DNA of 64,000 nucleotides from Salinivirgaceae bacterium (GCA_024405635.1 JAKSOL010000007.1:63981-127980), one strand, 5' to 3'; counted from the first letter of the stretch, positions 11,645 to 20,509 are shown. A program made the numbers and translations. The notes: generated from the sequence alone by a model not told the origin.

Positions 11645-11703
11645 GTTAAGGTGTGGTTAAAAACTGTTAAGATTTGGTTAAAACGCGTTAACGGCCATTT
11701 AAC
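11645..11703. promoter_or_regulatory. Helically phased GTTAA repeats upstream of the two-component operon
   Basis: GTTAA at 11645, 11656, 11666, 11677, 11687 and TTTAA at 11698 (10-11 bp period). Confidence 0.5.
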
Positions 11704-11714
11704 TTTAACTACTT

Positions 11715-13316
11715 TTGGTCAATGCTAATAAATACACAACAGAATTGAAACGTCAACATTTTTCGGGATTGATTGTACTTATGATTCTTTCGCTAGTGGG
11801 GATTATAATGGTGCAAGTTTTTTGGATAAAACAAGCAATGAGTGTTCGTGACGAGCAGTTTGCTCAACATGTAAATTGGGCATTGTCTCGAGCATCTTAT
11901 CGCATTGAACGAAACCAAAACTTGTTGTATATAAATCATATAGCGCGTCATGCAGTTAGTCATCCTCATAATCGCGAGGAGTCTTTAATTATGACGTTAA
12001 ATGATTTTGCCGATAATAGTCAACCTATTGAACTAACAATAAACGACAAAAAAATGCATGTTACGCACCATAAAAATGGGCTAAATACCGTAACAATGCA
12101 GTTCGACACCGTGATAAACAATGGAAATTACTCGCAAAACATAAAAACATACACATCAGTTACTCAAGGTGTCGACGATGAAATTGACGATAATAGAGTA
12201 GATATTGAAAAACTGATGAACCAAATGGCCTATGAAATGGAAATGGGGCAGAATCCTGCTAATTATTTGGAACTATCAGTTGTAAAATCGGCATTGGCAT
12301 ACGAACTACGAAATGTTGGACTTGATGCTCCGTTTGAGTTTGCGGTTACTAGCGATGGAAAACCTATGCAAAACCTATCAAGCAAAGGTTTTCGAAATTC
12401 GTATCTAAAACACGCATATCGCACCAATTTGTTCCCAAACGAGATTTTTGCGCATTCAAACCAATTGGTTGTCTTTTTCCCTAATCGATTACAATCAATA
12501 CTTCGTAAAATATTGTTGCCAATAGCAGCATCGGTACTATTTGCACTAATAATACTTATAACATTTGGCGTTACGTTGCGAATGATGATTAACCAAAAAC
12601 GAACTACCGAGGTCAAAACTGACTTTATGAACAACATGACGCATGAATTTAAAACACCATTGGCTACTATTCAATTAGCAGCCGATTCAATATCGTCGCC
12701 AGGTGTGATAACCGAACCTGAAAAAATTCAACGTTTTATACAAATTATAAAGGAAGAAAACCGAAGAATGAATCGCCAAGTTGAGAGCGTGTTGCAAATG
12801 TCGTTACTTGACAAAAAAGATTTTAATCTTAACTTGCAACCTGCTCATATAGAACCAATTGTGGCAAAGGCAGTAAATAACTTTGGCCTTCAGATTGAAA
12901 AACGAAATGGCACCATAACATTTACCAATATGGCCGAAAACGATTGTTCGCGCATAGATGTGAATCACTTTGCAAATGTGATTTATAACCTTATTGACAA
13001 TGCAAACAAGTACACTATTGATACTGAACCGCATATTGAAGTGCTAATGCGCAATGTGGGAAAGCACTTGTTTATTGAGGTGAAAGACAATGGAATAGGA
13101 ATGGATAGAGAAACTCAAGAAAAGATTTTTGAGAAATTTTATCGCCATCCAACTGGCGACGTACATACTGTAAAAGGTTTTGGGTTGGGCTTGAGTTATG
13201 CCAAGATAATTGTAATGTCGTGTAAAGGCGAAATACGCGTATCGAGCCAAAAAGGCGAGGGTAGTACATTTGAAATATGCTTGCCTACAATTGAATCGTA
13301 TGAAGTTGAAAATTAA
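11715..13316 (+). CDS. Sensor histidine kinase (RprX-like); start codon uncertain
   Basis: Two TM helices, H-box FMNNMTHEFKTPL, N-box NLIDNANKY, DNGIG, KGFGLGL. Confidence 0.92.
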   Translation: MVNANKYTTELKRQHFSGLIVLMILSLVGIIMVQVFWIKQAMSVRDEQFAQHVNWALSRASYRIERNQNLLYINHIARHAVSHPHNREESLIMTLNDFADNSQPIELTINDKKMHVTHHKNGLNTVTMQFDTVINNGNYSQNIKTYTSVTQGVDDEIDDNRVDIEKLMNQMAYEMEMGQNPANYLELSVVKSALAYELRNVGLDAPFEFAVTSDGKPMQNLSSKGFRNSYLKHAYRTNLFPNEIFAHSNQLVVFFPNRLQSILRKILLPIAASVLFALIILITFGVTLRMMINQKRTTEVKTDFMNNMTHEFKTPLATIQLAADSISSPGVITEPEKIQRFIQIIKEENRRMNRQVESVLQMSLLDKKDFNLNLQPAHIEPIVAKAVNNFGLQIEKRNGTITFTNMAENDCSRIDVNHFANVIYNLIDNANKYTIDTEPHIEVLMRNVGKHLFIEVKDNGIGMDRETQEKIFEKFYRHPTGDVHTVKGFGLGLSYAKIIVMSCKGEIRVSSQKGEGSTFEICLPTIESYEVEN

Positions 13317-13327
13317 TTAGTTGCAAT

Positions 13328-14029
13328 ATGACAAAAAAACATATCCTTTTAGTTGAAGATGATTTGAACTTTGGTTCAGTAATGAAATCGTTTCTTGAAA
13401 TGAACGATTTATATGTCGATTGGGTTGATGATGGCCAAAACGCTATTGATACGTTTAAAAAAGGTTTCTATGATCTTTGCATACTTGATGTAATGTTGCC
13501 ACATGTTGATGGTTTTACCATTGGTACGCAGATTAAGCAAACGAAACCAGCTATGCCTATCATTTATCTTACGGCTAAAAACATGAAAGAGGATATTATT
13601 AAAGGTTTTAAGATTGGTGCTGACGATTATATTACTAAACCATTTGACTCTGAGGTTCTTATATATAAAATAAAAGCCATTTTAAAACGTAATCCGTTTT
13701 CGCCAGCCGAGGCCGAACGTAACGATACCACTGTGAATATTGGTAGGTTTGTGTTTAACTTTCGCGATCGCTCGCTTACATTTGAAGATGGCACACAAAG
13801 CAAATTGTCGCCCAAAGAGGCTGATTTGCTCTTCTTTTTGCACCAAAATGTAAATAATGTTCTTGATCGCAATTACACGCTTGAAAAAATATGGGGCGAA
13901 ACTGGATATTTTACAGCTCGCAGTATGGATGTTTTTATTACTCGTTTGCGTAAGTTGCTAAAAGCCGACGAGAATATTGAAATATCAAACGTACACGGTA
14001 GTGGCTACATTCTGAAAGTTAAGGAGTAG
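13328..14029 (+). CDS. OmpR-family response regulator (RprY-like)
   Basis: LLVEDD, LDVMLP, GADDYITKPF, winged helix RSMDVFITRLRK. Confidence 0.93.
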   Translation: MTKKHILLVEDDLNFGSVMKSFLEMNDLYVDWVDDGQNAIDTFKKGFYDLCILDVMLPHVDGFTIGTQIKQTKPAMPIIYLTAKNMKEDIIKGFKIGADDYITKPFDSEVLIYKIKAILKRNPFSPAEAERNDTTVNIGRFVFNFRDRSLTFEDGTQSKLSPKEADLLFFLHQNVNNVLDRNYTLEKIWGETGYFTARSMDVFITRLRKLLKADENIEISNVHGSGYILKVKE

Positions 14030-14064
14030 CGTCATTTGCTTATTTATTGCAACCAGTTGAAAAC

Positions 14065-14098
14065 AAAAAGGGAATTCACAATGTGAACTCCCTTTTTT
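14065..14098. terminator. Bidirectional terminator between convergent genes
   Basis: AAAAAGGGAATTCAC-AAT-GTGAACTCCCTTTTTT. Confidence 0.75.
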
Positions 14099-14116
14099 AT
14101 TGATAGTTTATTTTGC

Positions 14117-14797
14117 TTATTCAGCAACGTTCAAACTTGCTGCTTTTTCAGGCATATCAAGTGTTGTGTAAATGTTTTGAAGACCTTTAACAACGTTTTT
14201 GTTTGTTGGGTCGTACTCGTATGCTTTTTCAAACAAAGGCAAAGCTTCTTGGAATTTAGCATCAGCTTTAGCATATTCTGCTTTAAATTTATCAGGGTCG
14301 CTAGTGTTCATGCCACTTTCGTTAGCTGCTTTTTTAATGCTATTTGCTTCGTTGTACAATGGCATAGCTTTCTTTTGATAGCAACTACCAATAAGTTTTT
14401 TCATTGAAGCATCGTCAGGGAATTTGCCCAAACCTGCATTAAGGGTTTCAATTGCACCATCAACATCTTTGGTGTCCATTTGAATTTTGCCAAGTTGTTG
14501 GTACGATTTGTCAACCTTATAATCGGCCTCAATCGATTTGCGGAACAAAGCTATAGCTTCGTCGTTCATTTTTGCTTTAGCAGCGCAGTAAGCCGCGTTG
14601 TAGTTAATGTTTTTGTCAAGTTCTTTGCCATTTTTTTCGTTATCGGCAAGTACTTGAGTGTAAAGTTCGTATGCTTTTTTGTAGTCTTTGTTGCGATAAG
14701 CTTCGTTGCCGCTGTTTGTTGCTTCAACTACATCAAAATCTTGCGCTTGCACTGTCATTGCGAAGGCCAAAAGCGCCAAGGTGAATAAATTTTTCAT
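14117..14797 (-). CDS. Secreted tetratricopeptide-repeat protein
   Basis: Signal peptide followed by TPR-like helical repeats. Confidence 0.8.
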   Translation of the reverse strand: MKNLFTLALLAFAMTVQAQDFDVVEATNSGNEAYRNKDYKKAYELYTQVLADNEKNGKELDKNINYNAAYCAAKAKMNDEAIALFRKSIEADYKVDKSYQQLGKIQMDTKDVDGAIETLNAGLGKFPDDASMKKLIGSCYQKKAMPLYNEANSIKKAANESGMNTSDPDKFKAEYAKADAKFQEALPLFEKAYEYDPTNKNVVKGLQNIYTTLDMPEKAASLNVAE

Positions 14798-14825
14798 AAT
14801 ACTAATGGTTTTAAAGGTTTATGTT

Positions 14826-15692
14826 TTATCCAAATACAATAGTCTTGTTGTTGTATACCAATATGCGGCGTTGAATGTGATAGCGAATGGCTCGCGATAG
14901 CACAATTTTTTCAAGGTCTCGACCTTTCAACACTAGCGAGTCAATTGTGTCGCGGTGTGTAATGCGAGTAACATCTTGTTCAATTATTGGACCTTCGTCA
15001 AGGTCGGTGGTTACGTAATGCGAAGTTGCACCAATAATTTTTACACCGCGTTTAAATGCTGCATGGTATGGTTTTGCGCCAGTGAATGCTGGCAAAAACG
15101 AGTGGTGTATATTGATGATTTTGTTTGGGTAGTGGTTTATAAAATCTTCTGACACTACTTGCATGTAACGAGCTAAAACAACAAATGATATGTCGTTGTC
15201 TTCCAATAATTTAAGCTCTTTTGCTTCTTGTTCTGCTTTATTTTCTTTAGTGATAGGAAAACAATAGTAAGGTATGCCAAATTGCTCAACAACTTTACGC
15301 ATGTCTTCGTGATTGCTTATAACCAATGGAATTTCAACTTCCCATTCTTTTGATTGGTATCGAGCCAAAATATCGAACAAGCAGTGGTCCATTTTTGATA
15401 CAAACAACGCCATGCGAGGTTTGTCTTCCGATAGGTATATTTTAAACTCCATATCGTACGATGATGCGATAAGAGTTTGGAAATAGTCTTGAATCTTGTT
15501 TTTAGGAATAATAAATTCGCTTAAATCCCACTGAATGCGCATAAAAAACTGCCCATCTTCGTGGTCAACGTGCTGGTCAAGCTGAAGTATGTTTCCGTGG
15601 TTATTTTGAATAAACTCTGTAACCTTGGCTACAATTCCGCGTTGGTCGCGGCAGTGCATCAATATGGTTGCAGTGCTAACAGTAGTGTTCAT
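14826..15692 (-). CDS. purU: Formyltetrahydrofolate deformylase
   Basis: ACT domain plus VLARYMQ, INIHHSFLPAFTGAKPY, DLDEGPIIEQ. Confidence 0.97.
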   Translation of the reverse strand: MNTTVSTATILMHCRDQRGIVAKVTEFIQNNHGNILQLDQHVDHEDGQFFMRIQWDLSEFIIPKNKIQDYFQTLIASSYDMEFKIYLSEDKPRMALFVSKMDHCLFDILARYQSKEWEVEIPLVISNHEDMRKVVEQFGIPYYCFPITKENKAEQEAKELKLLEDNDISFVVLARYMQVVSEDFINHYPNKIINIHHSFLPAFTGAKPYHAAFKRGVKIIGATSHYVTTDLDEGPIIEQDVTRITHRDTIDSLVLKGRDLEKIVLSRAIRYHIQRRILVYNNKTIVFG

Positions 15693-15855
15693 TGTATATA
15701 CTTTTTTTGAAAAACAGTGCCAAATGTATAAAAAACCTTACTTGCACAAAAATAATACGCGGGACTTTTTAGATAGCTGAGGATGCTGAGTCAAATAACA
15801 AGAACGAAAGTGTTACGTATTATATAATGCTCAATCTAAGACAAGTAAAACCATA

Positions 15856-16141
15856 TCTACTCTTATCAACGGAAATGGACTAAAATGATGTGGAATGTCT
15901 ACTTTTGTAAAACTAAAACGCAGAAAAACAACGCCGATGTCTACTTCGGTAAATTATTAATTCAATAAAAAATTTTCTGTGTCTACTTTTTTGAGCTGGT
16001 ACAAATTTTTTGGTCCAATGTTTTCATTACCGTCATTTTGATATCAATTTTCGAAAAAAGTTACTGTCATTTTGAGTAGATTTTCCAATATTTTTACCGT
16101 CATTTTGAAACTAAATCATAATATTTGTACCGTCATTTTGA
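15856..16141. repeat. Two sets of phased short direct repeats upstream of the AAA ATPase
   Basis: TCTACT core at 15856, 15898, 15940, 15982 (42-bp period); TACYGTCATTTTGA at 16028, 16062, 16095, 16128 (33-34-bp period). Confidence 0.8.
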
Positions 16142-16159
16142 GCTCAATACTTATTTATC

Positions 16160-17506
16160 ATGGCCGAAATATATCAAAGAGAGGCATTGCAAAGCCTCAG
16201 GGAATGGAAGGAAAAGGCTGAACGCAAACCACTTATATTAAGAGGTCCGCGTCAGGTTGGGAAAACTACACTCGTGGATATTTTCTCAAAGGATTTTGAA
16301 TCGTACGTTTACCTAAACCTTGAAATCGAGGAAAACGCAAAACTATTCGATACGAGCAAAAACATAAACGAGCTAATAACCTCGATATTTTTCATTGGCG
16401 GGCAAAAGATCAACAAGACAAGCAGCCTACTTTTCATCGACGAGATACAGAACTCGGCACAGGCTGTTATGATGCTGAGATATTTCTACGAGCAGGCTCC
16501 ATGGCTTTATGTAATATCAGCAGGCTCACTATTGGAAAACCTTGAAAAAAGGAATATCTCATTCCCTGTGGGCAGAGTGGAATATATGGCTTTGCGTCCA
16601 TTCTCGTTCAAGGAATATGCGTGGGCAAATCTAGGCGAGGATGTCTACAACGCCATCAACTCCGTATCCATACCAGAGGCTTATCACAGCAAGCTGATAA
16701 AGGAATTCAACACATACACATTGATAGGCGGCATGCCAGAAGTGGTATCCAACTTCATAAAATACAAAGATATTCTGAAACTGAACGAGATATACGACAC
16801 CCTGCTGACCGCGTATCGTGATGACATAGAGAAATACGCTCCAAGAGAGAGCATAACCAAGGCAATGCGTTACATAATGGAACACGGTTTCCCATACGCG
16901 TCGCAGGAAATAGTATTGGGAGGCTTTGCAGGATCGGCTTACAAGTCAAGGGAAATCGGAGAGGCATTCTCGCTGCTATCAAAATCGATGCTAACAGAAC
17001 TTGTGTATCCATCCACGTCAACCGAGATACCGGCTCCTCCAGATATGAAGCGCAGACCCAAACTAATGTGGCTCGATACAGGAATAGTAAACTACGCCTC
17101 TGGCCTTAGGAAAGAGATACTTGGCGCCAATGATATTCTCGACGTTTACAAAGGTAAGATTGCGGAACACATTGTAGGCCAGGAAATAATATCGACCGAC
17201 AGCAGATGCTCTTTCCGAAGAAGCTACTGGGTAAGAAACAAACAAGGCTCTGACGCAGAAATGGATTTCACCTTACAGAAAGACAACAAGATGATCCCAA
17301 TAGAAGTAAAAGCAGGAACCAACGCACACTTAAAATCGCTTCACATCTATATGGAAGAATCAGATCAGAATGTAGCCATCAGAATTTGGTCGAACCCGAT
17401 GCAAATAGATGACATAAAAACTCCGAAAGGCAAAACTTTCAAACTGATTAACCTGCCTTTCTACTATGTGAGCAAGATAAACGAGATTTTGGAAAAGGAG
17501 ATATAA
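16160..17506 (+). CDS. AAA_14 ATPase with DUF4143 / C-terminal PD-(D/E)xK-like domain; complete gene inside spacer 1
   Basis: Walker A GPRQVGKT, Walker B LLFIDEIQ, GGMPE, C-terminal EMDF...PIEVK. Confidence 0.9.
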   Translation: MAEIYQREALQSLREWKEKAERKPLILRGPRQVGKTTLVDIFSKDFESYVYLNLEIEENAKLFDTSKNINELITSIFFIGGQKINKTSSLLFIDEIQNSAQAVMMLRYFYEQAPWLYVISAGSLLENLEKRNISFPVGRVEYMALRPFSFKEYAWANLGEDVYNAINSVSIPEAYHSKLIKEFNTYTLIGGMPEVVSNFIKYKDILKLNEIYDTLLTAYRDDIEKYAPRESITKAMRYIMEHGFPYASQEIVLGGFAGSAYKSREIGEAFSLLSKSMLTELVYPSTSTEIPAPPDMKRRPKLMWLDTGIVNYASGLRKEILGANDILDVYKGKIAEHIVGQEIISTDSRCSFRRSYWVRNKQGSDAEMDFTLQKDNKMIPIEVKAGTNAHLKSLHIYMEESDQNVAIRIWSNPMQIDDIKTPKGKTFKLINLPFYYVSKINEILEKEI

Positions 17507-17514
17507 GAAAAAAA

Positions 17515-17567
17515 TCGGAGTTTTAGCGGAATCTATCTAAAAAGGGCACATTCCGCTAAAACTCCGA
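17515..17567. repeat. Perfect 18-bp inverted repeat after the ATPase
   Basis: TCGGAGTTTTAGCGGAAT (17515-17532) / ATTCCGCTAAAACTCCGA (17550-17567). Confidence 0.8.
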
Positions 17568-17739
17568 AAGGCAAATTTTTAATTATTTATCTGATATTGT
17601 GAAAATTAGGCTATGTTCTCAGCAAAATGAGGTAGGGCGTTTTTAGGGATTTTAGGGGAAGTTCGAAAAGGTGAATAACCTGCCTTTCTGGTATACGAGC
17701 AAGATTTATGTATCGTGATACATAAGTTTTACATAATGC

Positions 17740-17994
17740 TCAATCTAAGACAAGTAAAACATAAGCCATACCCAAATCGCCTTCGTCGATTATTATATTT
17801 TTCAATTGTTCGCCTGTAATACGACGTGTTTGCAAAGTTTCCCAACCAAACGGCAGTGTGCCGTCGTTGTTGGCTTGAATGTAGTTCACAGCCTTAACAT
17901 TAAGATCAGTTCTTGTTTCTGCTTCGATACAGAAGTAAACATTTTCGTCGCCTTTTATACGAAAAAAATGTCGTTGAATGTCTATTAGTTTCAT
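17740..17994 (-). pseudogene. Hypothetical protein in spacer 2, 3'-truncated by repeat 2
   Basis: The last residues VLLVLD* are encoded by the repeat itself. Confidence 0.6.
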
Positions 17995-18024
17995 AATTCT
18001 TGTTTTTATGTATTGTTTAGTTAG

Positions 18025-18213
18025 TTATTTGTTTATTTTTGCATCGAGTTCAGCGTCTTTATCGCTAAACAATGAATTGGCTTCCAACAGCGAGAGCAAT
18101 TGTAGCTCTCCCATCGCGGATAGCCAATTTTTAATTTTACGACTATCGTAATACCACACATTGTTAGTAGCAATAGATTGCTCTATTTTAGTACATATTT
18201 TATTGTCATTTTG
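18025..18213 (-). pseudogene. C-terminal fragment of a MuF_C/PBECR-like phage RNase-fold protein in spacer 2; absent from the ORF track
   Basis: Open frame from the repeat boundary: QNDNKICTKIEQSIATNNVWYYDSRKIKNWLSAMGELQLLSLLEANSLFSDKDAELDAKINK*; K..WL...G.LQL resembles MuF_C C-termini. Confidence 0.45.
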
Positions 18214-18249
18214 AGTTTTACATAATGCTCAAACTCAGACAAGTAAAAC

Positions 18250-18305
18250 TAATACAGAACAAGTACAACGAACTTGTTAACCGCATGCAGGCGGTGGTCT
18301 TTTAG
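18250..18305 (+). pseudogene. 3' tip of a hicB-like gene in spacer 3
   Basis: Near-identical reverse complement of 20687-20742, encoding IQNKYNELVNRMQAVVF*. Confidence 0.75.
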
Positions 18306-18382
18306 GACTTAATCAACATTAAGGCGGTGCTGCATTCACCGCTTTTTTTTTGCTTTTAAAAAAAATTTTGTAATTTTGTAGT

Positions 18383-18471
18383 GCTTTATAAGCATCCCTG
18401 GACTCGCTCCGAGATTGGGTTTGTGTCGAAAGGCTCATACCACCAAAGCCTAACAGTGTTAGGCTTTTTTT
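18383..18471 (+). ncRNA. Candidate structured sRNA convergent on a toxin gene (copy in spacer 3)
   Basis: TAATTTTG -7 box at 18371-18378, GAAA-capped stem 18418-18441, terminator 18445-18471; covaries with the copy in spacer 6. Confidence 0.5.
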
Positions 18472-18701
18472 GTTAATGACGAGTTTGTTTTGATGACATT
18501 ATAGCCGTCGTCAAAGTAATAATATACCTTTATTTTATCTATATGCCACAAATTGTACAATGCGTTGATAGCCTTATCTGTATCAATACCTCTTTCTAAG
18601 CATTGCAACACGATTTCAGCCTTTTGATGATTTATGGCATAACGTGCTTTTTTTTCAATATTACCAGTTCCTTTGGTTTGTTTCAAATCTGCTGGAATGC
18701 C
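18459..18701 (-). pseudogene. C-terminal fragment of a CdiA_C-like (PD-(D/E)xK, tRNase-type) toxin domain in spacer 3
   Basis: GIPADLKQTKGTGNIEKKARYAINHQKAEIV...; homologous to the ORF ending at 20508; cut by repeat 4. Confidence 0.6.
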
Positions 18702-18736
18702 GTTTTACATAATGCTCAAACTCAGACAAGTAAAAC

Positions 18737-19148
18737 TTACAATACCCTTTACAGTGATGTTTTTTATGGTTGCACCGCTCGAATACCCGAATAATCCGAT
18801 ACTGCGTGTTTCAGCCGAACTGTCAGCAACATTCATATTCGAAATGGTGTGGTTGTTGCCGTCAAAAACACCTTTAAACGGATTCCTTGCCTCGCCAATG
18901 CTAAACCACGGTTGATTGTTCAGGTCGATGTCCGCAATAAGTTTATAGTGCAAAGTATCAAATCCCTGTGTTCCGGCACTAACAACATACGACATAAACG
19001 CCAGTTCGTTAGCGGTTCCAATAATATATGGCGACTCTTTGCTGCCATCACCTTCTGTGAATTCTTCCATGGCGCCTTCCCATGCGTCTGCCGCATGAGT
19101 GTTAATCACCGCCAACACCATGACGATGCTAATGAATGTAATCTTTCT
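18737..19148 (-). pseudogene. N-terminal fragment of a secreted GLUG-motif surface protein; fills all of spacer 4
   Basis: Signal peptide RKITFISIVMVLAVINTHA (apparent start Met missing), GDGSKESPYIIGTANEL, FKGVFDGNNHTISN, GLFG; the frame runs into repeat 4. Confidence 0.75.
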
Positions 19149-19168
19149 GTTTTACATAATGCTCAAAC

Positions 19169-19378
19169 TCAGACAAGTAAAACTTTTAGATGTTTCAAAT
19201 CGGAGGGCGAGAATTTGCCCACCTCCGCCTTGTAAGTAACACGTGTTATTTTGCCGTTCTTTACGTAAAAAGAAACTTTTACTACATTGCCGTTCTTTAC
19301 AGCGTGAACGTGAATGGGTTTGTGTTCGCCAGAATAGAACAAAATTTTTATTCCAAGATATTCGTATATTACAGGCAT
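19169..19378 (-). pseudogene. DUF4160 (DhiT/HicA-like toxin), 3'-truncated by repeat 5
   Basis: MPVIYEYLGIKILFYSGEHKPIHVH signature; the last residues VLLV* come from the repeat. Confidence 0.8.
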
Positions 19379-19396
19379 AAATTAAAACTCCTTATA

Positions 19397-19717
19397 ATGA
19401 TTATTTGTAATTCCCACGAAAGGCTTACTACTACTAAACGTTGCACAACAATGTGCATTAACAAGATTATTGCCGATTGTAAAGCATTTAAGATTGGCAA
19501 AACTGGCGACCCTCAAAGCAGGGCGGCCAATTATGGCGATTTTGACAAAATGTATCTTTTGGTTCAAAGCAAAAATTCGCTTCTGATTGATAGGCTTGAA
19601 GGCTACTATACCCAAAAGTATTACGGCCATAAAAAAAATATGAATATAAACAGAGGTTCTGCGGCTGTTATGGCTTCTTCTCATAGGACTTACTATTTAT
19701 ATATTGTTGTCAAATAG
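19397..19717 (+). CDS. Small protein with GIY-YIG-like motifs (106 aa) in spacer 5
   Basis: FKIGKTGDPQSR...Y, LE...., C-terminal YYLYIVVK. Confidence 0.5.
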   Translation: MIICNSHERLTTTKRCTTMCINKIIADCKAFKIGKTGDPQSRAANYGDFDKMYLLVQSKNSLLIDRLEGYYTQKYYGHKKNMNINRGSAAVMASSHRTYYLYIVVK

Positions 19718-19966
19718 GCCATTATACATACTTAACGGATTTATGTCTGCTCCGTTGTCCCAAGTAACAATGCCGTCAACTACGCCAACTTTGGCAAATA
19801 ATTCTTTGTCGATTAAGGCCTTAAAAACTGGGAAATAGCCTTTTTGTATGTTGTTTTTTAGATAGCATATTTTTTCTGTGCCATCATAAAATTGCACTTG
19901 TAAGGCATATTCGTCTATGTTATATACTTTAACCGACTTCACATCAAAAAAGGCTTTTTCCTTCAT
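19697..19966 (-). CDS. DUF2442 (DhiA-like antitoxin); complete, in spacer 5
   Basis: Y.L.V.F.DG.E, VFKAL.D.ELF, V.W.NGADI.P..MY pattern. Confidence 0.8.
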   Translation of the reverse strand: MKEKAFFDVKSVKVYNIDEYALQVQFYDGTEKICYLKNNIQKGYFPVFKALIDKELFAKVGVVDGIVTWDNGADINPLSMYNGLFDNNI

Positions 19967-20008
19967 TGTTTTGGTTTTACATAATGCTCAAACTCAGACA
20001 AGTAAAAC

Positions 20009-20508
20009 ACGATATTAGCAATATTAGTGAGTTGGCTGAAAATCGTGCAGAGTTCATGGCGTATGCGACAAATCCTGATTATACATCTACGTTCGACACT
20101 GGCAGCGGTGGTTTCTTGGCTAAACATAACTCACGAATACCTAACGACTCAACGTCAAAGAACGATATAGAGAAGTATGAGAAAGAAATAAGAATGTGCG
20201 ATGTATTCGTAAAGGCTGGGCACAAGATTGTTTACAAAGAAGATGTCCAAGGGGAGTATGATGTGTTATTTGACGGAATTCCAGCAGATTTGAAACAAAC
20301 CAAAGGAACTGGTAATATCGAGAAATACGCAAGGTACGCCGTGAAGAGTCAGAAAGCAAAAATGGTGCTTTTTTGTTTGGAAAAGGACATAAATAGAAAC
20401 AAAGCGGAGGAGGCACTAAGAGCGTTGTATATAGTAGATAAAATCAAAGTGTTGTATTATTATGAGGACAATACGAATGTTGTTTTGTCTAATAAATCAC
20501 TTCTATAA
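20009..20508 (+). pseudogene. 5'-truncated toxin-like ORF with a CdiA_C-like nuclease domain (probable phage MuF/polymorphic toxin tip) in spacer 6
   Basis: KE..MC..F...GH, YDVLFDGIPADLK, NI..Y...A...QKA..V; the frame is open back into repeat 6. Confidence 0.6.
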
Positions 20509-20509
20509 A

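Noticed and set aside
15693-15816. tracrRNA/anti-repeat or effector remnant at the island edges (24820-24940 also checked)
   Set aside because: By eye I found no extended complementarity to the repeat and no Cas9/Cas13-like remnant. An effector elsewhere in the genome cannot be excluded.
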